The notes under the pieces: generated by a model
Told to the model about the DNA's origin: nothing
Database searches by the model: none
The model's input: only the letters and a program-made list of their open reading frames with translations
Program-made: the position numbers and the translations under genes
DNA from: Eledone cirrhosa
Taxonomy: Eukaryota
Direction: 5' to 3'
DNA: 64,000 nt
Assembly: GCA_964016885.1 (NCBI GenBank)
Contig: OZ024742.1
Coordinates: forward strand, 372,806,001 to 372,870,000
Shown here: positions 1-16,100 of the stretch, one piece after another
How the letters are laid out: every line of letters starts with the position of its first letter
Position numbering within the stretch: position 1 is the stretch's first letter

Positions 1-3000
1 AAACTGTAAATCTCTTTTTATATAAAATGTAAATCTCATTCTATAAACTGTAAATCTCTTTCTATATAAACTGTAAATCTCATTCTATATAAACTGTAAA
101 TCTCTTTCTATATAAACTGTAAATCTCATGCTATAAACTGAAAATCTCATTCTATATAAACTGTAAATCTCTTTCTATATAAACTCTGAATCTGATTCTA
201 TATAAACTGTAACTCTCATTTCATATAAACTGCGAATCTCATTCTATATAAACTGTATATCTCATTCTATATAAACTGTAAATCTCATTCGATAAACTGT
301 AAATCTCTTTTTATATAAACTGTAAATCTCATTCTATATAAACTGTAAATCTCATTCTATATAAAACGTAAATCTCATTCTATAAACTGTAAATCTCTTT
401 CTATATAAACTGTAAATCTCATTCTATATAAACTGTAAATCTCTTTCTATATAAACTGTAAATTTCATTCTATAAACTCTAAATCTCTTTCTATATAAAC
501 TGTAAATCTCATTCTATATAAACTGTAAATCTCTTTCTATATAAACTGTAAATCTCATTCTATATAAACTGAATCTCATTCTATATAAACTGTAAATCTC
601 TTTCTATATAAACTGTAAATCTCATTCTATATAAACTGTAAATCTCATTCTATATAAACTGTAAATCTCATTCTATAAACTGTAAATCTCTTTCTATATA
701 AACTGTAAATCTCATTCTATATAAGCTGTAAATCTCATTCTATTAACTGTAAATCTCATTCTATATAAACTGTAAATCTCATTCTATATAAACTGTATAT
801 ATCATTCTATAAACTGTAAATCTCAGTCTATAAACTGTAAATCTCAGTCTATAAACTGTAAATCTCTTTCTATATATACTGTAAATCTCCTTCTATATAA
901 ACTGTAAATTTCATTCTATAAACTCTAAATCTCTTTCTATATAAACTGTAAATCTCATTCTATATAAACTGTAAATCTCTTTCTATATAAACTGTAAGTC
1001 TCATTCTATATAAGCTGTAAATCTCATTCTATGAACTGTAAATCTCTTTCTATATAAACTGTAAATCTCATTCTATATGAACTGTAAATCTCATTCTATA
1101 AACTGTAAATCTCTTTCTATATAAACTGTAAATCTCATTCTATATAAACTGTAAATCTCATTCGATAAACTGTAAATCTCTTTTTATATAAACTGTAAAT
1201 CTCATTCTATATAAACTGTAAATCTCATGCTATAAACTGAAAATCTCATTCTATATAAACTGTAAATCTCTTTCTATATAAACTCTGAATCTGATTCTAT
1301 ATAAACTGTAACTCTCATTTCATATAAACTGCGAATCTCATTCTATATAAACTGTATATCTCATTCTATATAAACTGTAAATCTCATTCGATAAACTGTA
1401 AATCTCTTTTTATATAAACTGTAAATCTCATTCTATATAAACTGTAAATCTCATTCTATATAAAATGTAAATCTCAGTCTATAAACTGTAAATCTCAGTC
1501 TATAAACTGTAAATCTCTTTCTATATAAACTGTAAATCTCTTTCTATATAAACTGTAAATTTCATTCTATAAACTCTAAATCTCTTTCTATATAAACTGT
1601 AAATCTCATTCTATATAAACTGTAAATCTCTTTCTATATAAACTGTAAATCTCATTCTATATAAGCTGTAAATCTCATTCTATGAAATGTAAATCTCTTT
1701 CTATATAAACTGTAACTCTCATTCTATATGAACTGTAAATCTCATTCTATAAACTGTAAATCTCTTTCTATATAAACTGTAAATCTCATTCTATATAAAC
1801 TGTAAATCTCTTTCTATATAAACTGTAAATTTCATTCTATAAACTGTAAATCTCTTTCTATATAAACTGTAAGTCTCATTCTATATAAATTGTAAATCTC
1901 TTTCTATATAAACTGTAAATCTCATTCTATATAAACTGTGAATCTCATTCTATATAAACTGTAAATCTCATTCTATAAACTGTAAATCTCTTTCTATATA
2001 AACTGTAAATCTCATTCTATATAAGCTGTAAATCTCATTCTATTAACTGTAAATCTCTTTCTATATACACTGTAAATCTCATTCTATATGAACTGTATAT
2101 ATCATTCTATAAAGTGTAAATCTCAGTCTATAAACTGTAAATCTCTTTCTATATAAACTGTAAATCTCTTTCTATATGAACTGTAATTCTCTTTCTATAT
2201 AAACTGTAAATCTCATTCTATATAAGCTGTAAATCTCATTCTATGAACTGTAAATCTCTTTCTATATAAACTGTAAATCTCATTCTACATAAACTGTAAA
2301 TCTCATTCTATAAACTGTAAATCTCTTTCTATATAAACTGTAAATCTCATTCTATATAAACTGTAAATCTCTTTCTATATAAACTGTAAATTTCATTCTA
2401 TAAACTGTAAATCTCTTTCTATATAAACTGTAAATCTCATTCTATATAAACTGTAAATCTCATTCTATATAAACTGTAAATCTCATTCTATAAACTGTAA
2501 ATCTCTTTCTATATAAACTGTAAATCTCTTTCTATATGAACTGTAAATTTATTTCTATATAAACTGTAAATCTCATTCTATATAAGCTGTAAATCTCATT
2601 CTATGAACTGTAAATATCTTTCTATATAAACTGTAAATCTCATTCTACATAAACTGTAAATCTCATTCTATAAACTGTAAATCTCTTTCTATATAAACTG
2701 TAAATCTCATTCTATATAAACTGTAAATCTCTTTATATAAACTGTAAATTTCATTCTATAAACTGTAAATCTCATTCTATATAAACTGTAAATATCATTC
2801 TATATAAGCTGTAAATCTCATTCTATTAACTGTAAATCTCTTTCTATATAAACTGTAAATCTCATTCTATATAAACTGTATATATCATTCTATAAACTGT
2901 AAATCTCAGTCTATAAACTGTAAATCTCTTTCTCTATAAACTGTAAATCTCTTTCTATATGAACTGTAAATCTCATTCTATATAAACTGTATATATCATT

Positions 3001-4332
3001 CTATAAACTGTAAATCTCAGTCTATACTCTGTAAATCTCTTTCTATATAAACTGTAAATCTCTTTCTATATGAACTGTAAATCTCTTTCTATATAAACTG
3101 TAAATCTCATTCTATATAAGCTGTAAATCTCATTCTATGAACTGTAAATCTCTTTCTATATAAACTGTAAATCTCATTCTATATAAACTGTAAATCTCAT
3201 TCTATAAACTGTAAATCTCTTTCTATATAAACTGTAAATCTCATTCTATATAAACTGTAAATCTCTTTCTATATAAACTGTAAATTTTATTCTATAAACT
3301 GTAAATCTCTTTCTATATAAACTGTAAATCTCATTCTATATAAACTGTAAATCTCTTTCTATATAAACTGTAAATCTCATTCTATAAACTGTAAATCTCT
3401 TTCTATATAAACTGTAAATCTCATTCTATATAAGCTGTAAATCTCATTCTATTAACTGTAAATCTCTTTCTATATAAACTGTAAATCTCATTCTATATAA
3501 ACTCTATATATCATTCTATAAACTGTAAATCTCAGTCTATAAACTGTAAATCTCTTTCTATATAAACTGTAAATCTCTTTCTATATGAACTGTAAATCTC
3601 TTTCTATATAAACTGTAAATCTCATTCTATGTAAGCTGTAAATCTCATTCTATGAACTGGAAATCTCTTTCTATATAAACTGTAAATCTCATTCTATGTA
3701 AACTGTAAATCTCATTCTATATAAACTGTAAATCTCTTTCTATATAAACTGTAAATCTCATTCTATATAAACTGTAAATCTCTTTCTATATAAACTGTAA
3801 ATCTCATTCTATATAAACTGTAAATCCCATTCTATAAACTGTAAATCTCTTTCTATATAACCTGTAAATCTCTTTCTATAGAAACTGTAAATCTCATGCT
3901 ATAAACGGTAAATCTCATTCTATATAAACTGTAAATCTCATTCTATATAAACTCTGAATATGATTCTATATAAACTGTAACTCTCATTTTATATAAACTG
4001 TGAATCTCATTCTATATAAACTGTATATCTCATTCTATATAAACTGTAAATCTCATTCGATAAACTGTAAATCTCTTTTTATATAAAATGTAAATCTCAT
4101 TCTATAAACTGTAAATCTCTTTCTATATAAACTGTAAATCTCATTCTATATAAACTGTAAATCTCTTTCTATATAAACTGTAAATCTCATGCTATAAACT
4201 GAAAATCTCATTCTATATAAACTGTAAATCTCTTTCTATATAAACTCTGAATCTGATTCTATATAAACTGTAACTCTCATTTCATATAAACTGCGAATCC
4301 CATTCTATATAAACTGTATATCTCATTCTATA
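1..4332. repeat. Higher-order block, copy 1 of a 10,112-bp-offset duplication (partner 10113-14444)
   Basis: Rare markers recur at +10112: aaaacgta (C at 367/10479), the window-start motif tctctttttatataaaatgt (1/10113), ctgcgaatccc (4291/14403). Identity breaks at about 4332. Confidence 0.9.
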
Positions 4333-7300
4333 AACTGTAAATCTCTTTCTATATAAACTGTAAATCTCATTCTATAAACTGTAAATCTCTTTCTATATAA
4401 ACTGTAAATCTCATTCTATATAAACTGTAAATCTCATTCTATGAACTGTAAATCTCTTTCTATATAAACTGTAAATCTCATTCTATATAAACTGTAAATT
4501 TCATTCTATAAACTGTAAATCTCTTTCTATATAAACTGTAAATCTCTTTCTCTATAAACTGTAAATCTCTTTCTATATGAACTGTAAATCTCTTTCTATA
4601 TAAACTGTAAATCTCATTCTATGTAAGCTGTAAATCTCATTCTATGAACTGTAAATCTCTTTCTATATAAACTGTAAATCTCATTCTATATAAACTGTAA
4701 ATCTCATTCTATGAACTGTAAATCTCTTTCTATATAAACTGTAAATCTCATTCTATATAAACTGTAAATCTCTTTCTATATGAACTGTAAATCTCATTCT
4801 ATATAACTTGTAAATCTCATTCTATAAACTGTGAATCTCATTCTATATAAACTGTAAGTCTCATTCTATAAACTGCAAATCTCATTCTATGAACTGTAAA
4901 TCTCTTTCTATATAAACTGTAAATCTCATTCTATATAAAATGTAAATCTCATTCTATAAACTGTAAATCTCTTTCTGTATAAACTGTAAATCTCATTCTA
5001 TATAAACTGTAAATCTCTTTCTATATAAACTGTAAATTTCATTCTATAAACTCTAAATCTCTTTCTATATAAACTGTAAATCTCATTCTATATAAACTGT
5101 AAATCTCTTTCTATATAAACTGTAAATCTCATTCTATATAAACTGAATCTCATTCTATATAAACTGTAAATCTCTTTCTATATAAACTGTAAATCTCATT
5201 CTATATAAACTGTAAATCTCATTCTATATAAACTGTAAATCTCATTCTATAAACTGTAAATCTCTTTCTATATAAACTGTAAATCTCATTCTATATAAGC
5301 TGTAAATCTCATTCTATTAACTGTAAATCTCTTTCTATATAAACTGTAAATCTCATTCTATATAAACTGTATATATCATTCTATAAACTGTAAATCTCAG
5401 TCTATAAACTGTAAATCTCAGTCTATAAACTGTAAATCTCTTTCTATATATACTGTAAATCTCTTTCTATATAAACTGTAAATTTCATTCTATAAACTCT
5501 AAATCTCTTTCTATATAAACTGTAAATCTCATTCTATATAAACTGTAAATCTCTTTCTATATAAACTGTAAATCTCATTCTATATAAACTGTAAATCTCT
5601 TTCTATATAAACTGTAAATCTCATTCTATATAAACTGTGAATCTCATTCTATATAAACTGTAAATCTCATTCTATAAACTGTAAATCTCCTTCTATATAA
5701 ACTGTAAATCTCATTCTATATAAACTGTATATATCATTCTATAAAGTGTAAATCTCAGTCTATAAACTGTAAATCTCTTTCTATATAAACTGTAAATCTC
5801 TTTCTATATGAACTGTAATTCTCTTTCTATATAAACTGTAAATCTCATTCTATATAAGCTGTAAATCTCATTCTATGAACTGTAAATATCTTTCTATATA
5901 AACTGTAAATCTCATTCTACATAAACTGTAAATCTCATTCTATAAACTGTAAATCTCTTTCTATATAAACTGTAAATCTCATTCTATATAAACTGTAAAT
6001 CTCTTTCTATATAAACTGTAAATTTCATTCTATAAACTGTAAATCTCTTTCTATATAAACTGTAAATCTCATTCAATATAAACTGTAAATCTCATTCTAT
6101 ATAAGCTGTAAATCTCATTCTATTAACTGTAAATCTCTTTCTATATAAACTGTAAATCTCATTCTATATAAACTGTATATATCATTCTATAAACTGTAAA
6201 TCTCAGTCTATAAACTGTAAATCTCTTTCTCTATAAACTGTAAATCTCTTTCTATATGAACTGTAAATCTCTTTCTATATAAACTGTAAATCTCATTCTA
6301 TGTAAGCTGTAAATCTCATTCTATGAACTGTAAATCTCTTTCTATATAAACTGTAAATCTCATTCTATATAAACTGTAAATCTCATTCTATGAACTGTAA
6401 ATCTCTTTCTATATAAACTGTAAATCTCATTCTATATAAACTGTAAATCTCTTTCTATATGAACTGTAAATCTCATTCTATATAACTTGTAAATCTCATT
6501 CTATAAACTGTGAATCTCATTCTATATAAACTGTAAGTCTCATTCTATAAACTGCAAATCTCATTCTATGAACTGTAAATCTCTTTCTATATAAACTGTA
6601 AATCTCATTCTATATAAAATGTAAATCTCATTCTATAAACTGTAAATCTCTTTCTGTATAAACTGTAAATCTCATTCTATATAAACTGTAAATCTCTTTC
6701 TATATAAACTGTAAATTTCATTCTATAAACTGTAAATCTCTTTCTATATAAACTGTAAATCTAATTCTATATAAACTGTAAATCTCTTTCTATATAAACT
6801 GTAAATCTCATTCTATATAAACTGTGAATCTCATTCTATAAGCTGTAAATCTCTTTCTATATAAACTGTAAATCTCATTCTATATACACTGTAAATCTCT
6901 TTCTATATAAACTGTAAATCTCATTCTATATAAACTGTAAATCTCATTCTATAAACTGTAAATCCCTTTCCATATAAACTGTAAATCTCATTCTATATAA
7001 GCTGTAAATCTCATTCTATAAACTGTACATCTCTTTCTATATAAACTGTAAATCCCATTCTATATAAACTGTATATATCATTCTATAAACTGTAAATCTC
7101 ATTCTATATACTGTAAATCTCTTTCTATATAAACTGTAAATCTAATTCTATATTAACTGTAAATCTGATTCTATAAACTGTAAATCTCTTTCTATATAAA
7201 CTGTAAATCTCACTCTATATAAACTGTAAATCTCTTTCTATATAAACTGTAAATCTCGTTCTATATAAGCTGTAAATCTCATTCTATAAACTGTAAATCT

Positions 7301-10112
7301 CTTTCTATATAAACTGTAAATCCCATTCTATATAAACTGTATATATCATTCTATAAACTGTAAATCACATTCTATAAACTGTAAATCTCTTTCTATATAA
7401 ACTGTAAATCTCATTCTATATAAACTGTAAATCTATTTCTATATGAACTGTAAATCTCATTCTATATAAATTGTAAATCTCATTCTATAAACTGTGAATC
7501 TCATTCTATATAAACTGTAAATCTCATTCTATAAACTGTAAATCTCATTCTATGAACTGTAAACCTCTTTCTATATAAACTGTAAATCTCATTCTATATA
7601 AACTGTAAATCTCATTCTATAAACTGTAAATCTCTTTCTGTATAAACTGTAAATCTCATTCTATATAAACTGTAAATCTCTTTCTATATAAACTGTAAAT
7701 TTCATTCTATAAACTGTAAATCTCATTCTATATAAACTGTAAATCTCATTCTATAAACTGTAAATCTCATTCTATATAAACTGTAAATCTCTTTCTATAT
7801 AACCTGTAAATCTCTTTCTATATAACCTGTAAATCTCTTTCTATATAAACTGTTAATCTCATGCTATAAACTGTAAATCTCATTCTATATAAACTGTAAA
7901 TCTCTTTCTATATAACCTGTAAATCTCTTTCTATATAACCTGTAAATCTCTTTCTATATAAACTGTAAATCTCATGCTATAGACTGTAAATCTCATTCTA
8001 TATGAACTGTAAATCTCTTTCTATATAAACTGTAAATCTCATTCTATATAATCTGTAAATCTCATTCGATAAACTGTAAATCTCTTTTTATATAAACAGT
8101 AAATCTCATTCTATATAAACTGTAAATCTCATTCTATGAACTGTAAATCTCTTTCTATATAAACTGTAAATCTCATTCTATATAAAATGTAAATCTCATT
8201 CTATAAACTGTAAATCTCTTTCTATATAAACTGTAAATCTCATTCTATATAAACTGTAAATCTCTTTCTATATAAACTGTAAATTTCATTCTATAAACTC
8301 TAAATCTCTTTCTATATAAACTGTAAATCTCATTCTATATAAACTGTAAATCTCTTTCTATATAAATGTAAATCTCATTCTATATAAACTGAATTTCATT
8401 CTATATAAACTGTAAATCTCTTTCTATATAAACTGTAAATCTCATTCTATATAAACTGTAAATCTCATTCTATATAAACTGTAAATCTCATTCTATAAAC
8501 TGTAAATCTCTTTCTATATAAACTGTAAATCTCATTCTATATAAGCTGTAAATCTCATTCTATTAACTGTAAATCTCATTCTATATACACTGTAAATCTC
8601 ATTATATATAAACTGTATATATCATTCTATAAACTGTAAATCTCAGTCTATAAACTGTAAATCTCTTTCTATATAAACTGTAAATCTCTTTCTATATGAA
8701 CTGTAAATCTCTTTCTATATAAACTGTAAATCGCATTCTATATAAGCTGTAAATCTCATTCTATGAACTGTAAATCTCTTTCTATATAAACTGTAAATCT
8801 CATTCTATATAAACTGTAAATCTCATTCTATAAACTGTAAATCTCTTTCTATATAAACTGTAAATCTCATTCTATATAAACTGTAAATCTCTTTCTATAT
8901 AAACTGTAAATCTCATTCTATATAAACTGAATCTCATTCTATATAAACTGTAAATCTCTTTCTATATAAACTGTAAATCTCATTCTATATAAACTGTAAA
9001 TCTCATTCTATATAAACTGTAAATCTCATTCTATAAACTGTAAATCTCTTTCTATATAAACTGTAAATCTCATTCTATATAAGCTGTAAATCTCATTCTA
9101 TTAACTGTAAATCTCATTCTATATAAACTGTAAATCTCATTCTATATAAACTGTATATATCATTCTATAAACTGTAAATCTCAGTCTATAAACTGTAAAT
9201 CTCTTTCTATATAAACTGTAAATCTCTTTCTATATGAACTGTAAATCTCTTTCTATATAAACTGTAAATCTCATTCTATATAAGCTGTAAATCTCATTCT
9301 ATGAACTGTAAATCTCTTTCTATATAAACTGTAAATCTCATTCTATATAAACTGTAAATCTCATTCTATAAACTGTAAATCTCTTTCTATATAAACTGTA
9401 AATCTCATTCTATATAAACTGTAAATCTCTTTCTATATAAACTGTAAATCTCATTCTATAAACTGTAAATCTCTTTCTATATAAACTGTAAATCTCATTC
9501 TATATAAGCTGTAAATCTCATTCTATTAACTGTAAATCTCTTTCTATATAAACTGTAAATCTCATTCTATATAAACTCTATATATCATTCTATAAACTGT
9601 AAATCTCAGTCTATAAACTGTAAAACTCTTTCTATATAAACTGTAAATCTCTTTCTATATGAACTGTAAATCTCTTTCTATATAAACTGTAAATCTCATT
9701 CTATGTAAGCTGTAAATCTCATTCTATGAACTGGAAATCTCTTTCTATATAAACTGTAAATCTCATTCTATGTAAACTGTAAATCTCATTCTATATAAAC
9801 TGTAAATCTCTTTCTATATAAACTGTAAATCTCATTCTATATAAACTGTAAATCTCATTCTATATAAACTGTAAATCCCATTCTATAAACTGTAAATCTC
9901 TTTCTATATAACCTGTAAATCTCTTTCTATAGAAACTGTAAATCTCATGCTATAAACGGTAAATCTCATTCTATATAAACTGTAAATCTCATTCTATATA
10001 AACTCTGAATCTGATTCTATATAAACTGTAACTCTCATTTTATATAAACTGTGAATCTCATTCTATATAAACTGTATATCTCATTCTATATAAACTGTAA
10101 ATCTCATTCGAT

Positions 10113-13100
10113 AAACTGTAAATCTCTTTTTATATAAAATGTAAATCTCATTCTATAAACTGTAAATCTCTTTCTATATAAACTGTAAATCTCATTCTAT
10201 ATAAACTGTAAATCTCTTTCTATATAAACTGTAAATCTCATGCTATAAACTGAAAATCTCATTCTATATAAACTGTAAATCTCTTTCTATATAAACTCTG
10301 AATCTGATTCTATATAAACTGTAACTCTCATTTCATATAAACTGCGAATCTCATTCTATATAAACTGTATATCTCATTCTATATAAACTGTAAATCTCAT
10401 TCGATAAACTGTAAATCTCTTTTTATATAAACTGTAAATCTCATTCTATATAAACTGTAAATCTCATTCTATATAAAACGTAAATCTCATTCTATAAACT
10501 GTAAATCTCTTTCTATATAAACTGTAAATCTCATTCTATATAAACTGTAAATCTCTTTCTATATAAACTGTAAATTTCATTCTATAAACTCTAAATCTCT
10601 TTCTATATAAACTGTAAATCTCATTCTATATAAACTGTAAATCTCTTTCTATATAAACTGTAAATCTCATTCTATATAAACTGAATCTCATTCTATATAA
10701 ACTGTAAATCTCTTTCTATATAAACTGTAAATCTCATTCTATATAAACTGTAAATCTCATTCTATATAAACTGTAAATCTCATTCTATAAACTGTAAATC
10801 TCTTTCTATATAAACTGTAAATCTCATTCTATATAAGCTGTAAATCTCATTCTATTAACTGTAAATCTCATTCTATATAAACTGTAAATCTCATTCTATA
10901 TAAACTGTATATATCATTCTATAAACTGTAAATCTCAGTCTATAAACTGTAAATCTCAGTCTATAAACTGTAAATCTCTTTCTATATATACTGTAAATCT
11001 CCTTCTATATAAACTGTAAATTTCATTCTATAAACTCTAAATCTCTTTCTATATAAACTGTAAATCTCATTCTATATAAACTGTAAATCTCTTTCTATAT
11101 AAACTGTAAGTCTCATTCTATATAAGCTGTAAATCTCATTCTATGAACTGTAAATCTCTTTCTATATAAACTGTAAATCTCATTCTATATGAACTGTAAA
11201 TCTCATTCTATAAACTGTAAATCTCTTTCTATATAAACTGTAAATCTCATTCTATATAAACTGTAAATCTCATTCGATAAACTGTAAATCTCTTTTTATA
11301 TAAACTGTAAATCTCATTCTATATAAACTGTAAATCTCATGCTATAAACTGAAAATCTCATTCTATATAAACTGTAAATCTCTTTCTATATAAACTCTGA
11401 ATCTGATTCTATATAAACTGTAACTCTCATTTCATATAAACTGCGAATCTCATTCTATATAAACTGTATATCTCATTCTATATAAACTGTAAATCTCATT
11501 CGATAAACTGTAAATCTCTTTTTATATAAACTGTAAATCTCATTCTATATAAACTGTAAATCTCATTCTATATAAAATGTAAATCTCAGTCTATAAACTG
11601 TAAATCTCAGTCTATAAACTGTAAATCTCTTTCTATATAAACTGTAAATCTCTTTCTATATAAACTGTAAATTTCATTCTATAAACTCTAAATCTCTTTC
11701 TATATAAACTGTAAATCTCATTCTATATAAACTGTAAATCTCTTTCTATATAAACTGTAAATCTCATTCTATATAAGCTGTAAATCTCATTCTATGAAAT
11801 GTAAATCTCTTTCTATATAAACTGTAACTCTCATTCTATATGAACTGTAAATCTCATTCTATAAACTGTAAATCTCTTTCTATATAAACTGTAAATCTCA
11901 TTCTATATAAACTGTAAATCTCTTTCTATATAAACTGTAAATTTCATTCTATAAACTGTAAATCTCTTTCTATATAAACTGTAAGTCTCATTCTATATAA
12001 ATTGTAAATCTCTTTCTATATAAACTGTAAATCTCATTCTATATAAACTGTGAATCTCATTCTATATAAACTGTAAATCTCATTCTATAAACTGTAAATC
12101 TCTTTCTATATAAACTGTAAATCTCATTCTATATAAGCTGTAAATCTCATTCTATTAACTGTAAATCTCTTTCTATATACACTGTAAATCTCATTCTATA
12201 TGAACTGTATATATCATTCTATAAAGTGTAAATCTCAGTCTATAAACTGTAAATCTCTTTCTATATAAACTGTAAATCTCTTTCTATATGAACTGTAATT
12301 CTCTTTCTATATAAACTGTAAATCTCATTCTATATAAGCTGTAAATCTCATTCTATGAACTGTAAATCTCTTTCTATATAAACTGTAAATCTCATTCTAC
12401 ATAAACTGTAAATCTCATTCTATAAACTGTAAATCTCTTTCTATATAAACTGTAAATCTCATTCTATATAAACTGTAAATCTCTTTCTATATAAACTGTA
12501 AATTTCATTCTATAAACTGTAAATCTCTTTCTATATAAACTGTAAATCTCATTCTATATAAACTGTAAATCTCATTCTATATAAACTGTAAATCTCATTC
12601 TATAAACTGTAAATCTCTTTCTATATAAACTGTAAATCTCTTTCTATATGAACTGTAAATTTATTTCTATATAAACTGTAAATCTCATTCTATATAAGCT
12701 GTAAATCTCATTCTATGAACTGTAAATATCTTTCTATATAAACTGTAAATCTCATTCTACATAAACTGTAAATCTCATTCTATAAACTGTAAATCTCTTT
12801 CTATATAAACTGTAAATCTCATTCTATATAAACTGTAAATCTCTTTATATAAACTGTAAATTTCATTCTATAAACTGTAAATCTCATTCTATATAAACTG
12901 TAAATATCATTCTATATAAGCTGTAAATCTCATTCTATTAACTGTAAATCTCTTTCTATATAAACTGTAAATCTCATTCTATATAAACTGTATATATCAT
13001 TCTATAAACTGTAAATCTCAGTCTATAAACTGTAAATCTCTTTCTCTATAAACTGTAAATCTCTTTCTATATGAACTGTAAATCTCATTCTATATAAACT

Positions 13101-16100
13101 GTATATATCATTCTATAAACTGTAAATCTCAGTCTATACTCTGTAAATCTCTTTCTATATAAACTGTAAATCTCTTTCTATATGAACTGTAAATCTCTTT
13201 CTATATAAACTGTAAATCTCATTCTATATAAGCTGTAAATCTCATTCTATGAACTGTAAATCTCTTTCTATATAAACTGTAAATCTCATTCTATATAAAC
13301 TGTAAATCTCATTCTATAAACTGTAAATCTCTTTCTATATAAACTGTAAATCTCATTCTATATAAACTGTAAATCTCTTTCTATATAAACTGTAAATTTT
13401 ATTCTATAAACTGTAAATCTCTTTCTATATAAACTGTAAATCTCATTCTATATAAACTGTAAATCTCTTTCTATATAAACTGTAAATCTCATTCTATAAA
13501 CTGTAAATCTCTTTCTATATAAACTGTAAATCTCATTCTATATAAGCTGTAAATCTCATTCTATTAACTGTAAATCTCTTTCTATATAAACTGTAAATCT
13601 CATTCTATATAAACTCTATATATCATTCTATAAACTGTAAATCTCAGTCTATAAACTGTAAATCTCTTTCTATATAAACTGTAAATCTCTTTCTATATGA
13701 ACTGTAAATCTCTTTCTATATAAACTGTAAATCTCATTCTATGTAAGCTGTAAATCTCATTCTATGAACTGGAAATCTCTTTCTATATAAACTGTAAATC
13801 TCATTCTATGTAAACTGTAAATCTCATTCTATATAAACTGTAAATCTCTTTCTATATAAACTGTAAATCTCATTCTATATAAACTGTAAATCTCTTTCTA
13901 TATAAACTGTAAATCTCATTCTATATAAACTGTAAATCCCATTCTATAAACTGTAAATCTCTTTCTATATAACCTGTAAATCTCTTTCTATAGAAACTGT
14001 AAATCTCATGCTATAAACGGTAAATCTCATTCTATATAAACTGTAAATCTCATTCTATATAAACTCTGAATATGATTCTATATAAACTGTAACTCTCATT
14101 TTATATAAACTGTGAATCTCATTCTATATAAACTGTATATCTCATTCTATATAAACTGTAAATCTCATTCGATAAACTGTAAATCTCTTTTTATATAAAA
14201 TGTAAATCTCATTCTATAAACTGTAAATCTCTTTCTATATAAACTGTAAATCTCATTCTATATAAACTGTAAATCTCTTTCTATATAAACTGTAAATCTC
14301 ATGCTATAAACTGAAAATCTCATTCTATATAAACTGTAAATCTCTTTCTATATAAACTCTGAATCTGATTCTATATAAACTGTAACTCTCATTTCATATA
14401 AACTGCGAATCCCATTCTATATAAACTGTATATCTCATTCTATATAAACTGTAAATCTCATTCGATAAACTGTAAATCTCTTTTTATATAAACTGTAAAT
14501 CTCATTCTATATAAACTGTAAATCTCATTCTATATAAAATGTAAATCTCATTCTATAAACTGTAAATCTCTTTCTATATAAACTGTAAATCTCATTCTAT
14601 ATAAACTGTAAATCTCTTTCTATATAAACTGTAAATTTCATTCTATAAACTCTAAATCTCTTTCTATATAAACTGTAAATCTCATTCTATATAAACTGTA
14701 AATCTCTTTCTATATAAACTGTAAATCTCATTCTATATAAACTGAATCTCATTCTATATAAACTGTAAATCTCTTTCTATATAAACTGTAAATCTCATTC
14801 TATATAAACTGTAAATCTCATTCTATATAAACTGTAAATCTCATTCTATAAACTGTAAATCTCTTTCTATATAAACTGTAAATCTCATTCTATATAAGCT
14901 GTAAATCTCATTCTATTAACTGTAAATCTCATTCTATATAAACTGTAAATCTCATTCTATATAAACTGTATATATCATTCTATAAACTGTAAATCTCAGT
15001 CTATAAACTGTAAATCTCAGTCTATAAACTGTAAATCTCATTCTATAAACTGTAAATCTCTTTCTATATAAACTGTAAATCTCATTCTATATAAACTGTA
15101 AATCTCATTCGATAAACTGTAAATCTCTTTTTATATAAACTGTAAATCTCATTCTATATAAACTGTAAATCTCATTCTATATAAACTGTAAATCTCATGC
15201 TATAAACTGAAAATCTCATTCTATATAAACTGTAAATCTCTTTCTATATAAACTCTGAATCTGATTCTATATAAACTGTAACTCTCATTTCATATAAACT
15301 GCGAATCCCATTCTATATAAACTGTATATCTCATTCTATATAAACTGTAAATCTCATTCGATAAACTGTAAATCTCTTTTTATATAAACTGTAAATCTCA
15401 TTCTATATAAACTGTAAATCTCATTCTATATAAAATGTAAATCTCAGTCTATAAACTGTAAATCTCAGACTATAAACTGTAAATCTCTTTCTATATAAAC
15501 TGTAAATCTCTTTCTATATAAACTGTAAATTTCATTCTATAAACTCTAAATCTCTTTCTATATAAACTGTAAATCTCATTCTATATAAACTGTAAATCTC
15601 TTTCTATATAAACTGTAAATCTCATTCTATATAAGCTGTAAATCTCATTCTATGAAATGTAAATCCCTTTCTATATAAACTGTAAATCTCATTCTATATG
15701 AACTGTAAATCTCATTCTATAAACTGTAAATCTCTTTCTATATAAACTGTAAATCTCATTCTATATAAACTGTAAATCTCTTTCTATATAAACTGTAAAT
15801 TTCATTCTATAAACTGTAAATCTCTTTCTATATAAACTGTAAGTCTCATTCTATATAAATTGTAAATCTCTTTCTATATAAACTGTAAATCTCATTCTAT
15901 ATAAACTGTGAATCTCATTCTATATAAACTGTAAATCTCATTCTATAAACTGTAAATCTCTATCTATATAAACTGTAAATCTCATTCTATATAAACTGTA
16001 TATATCATTCTATAAAGTGTAAATCTCAGTCTATAAACTGTAAATCTCTTTCTATATAAACTGTAAATCTCTTTCTATATGAACTGTAATTCTCTTTCTA

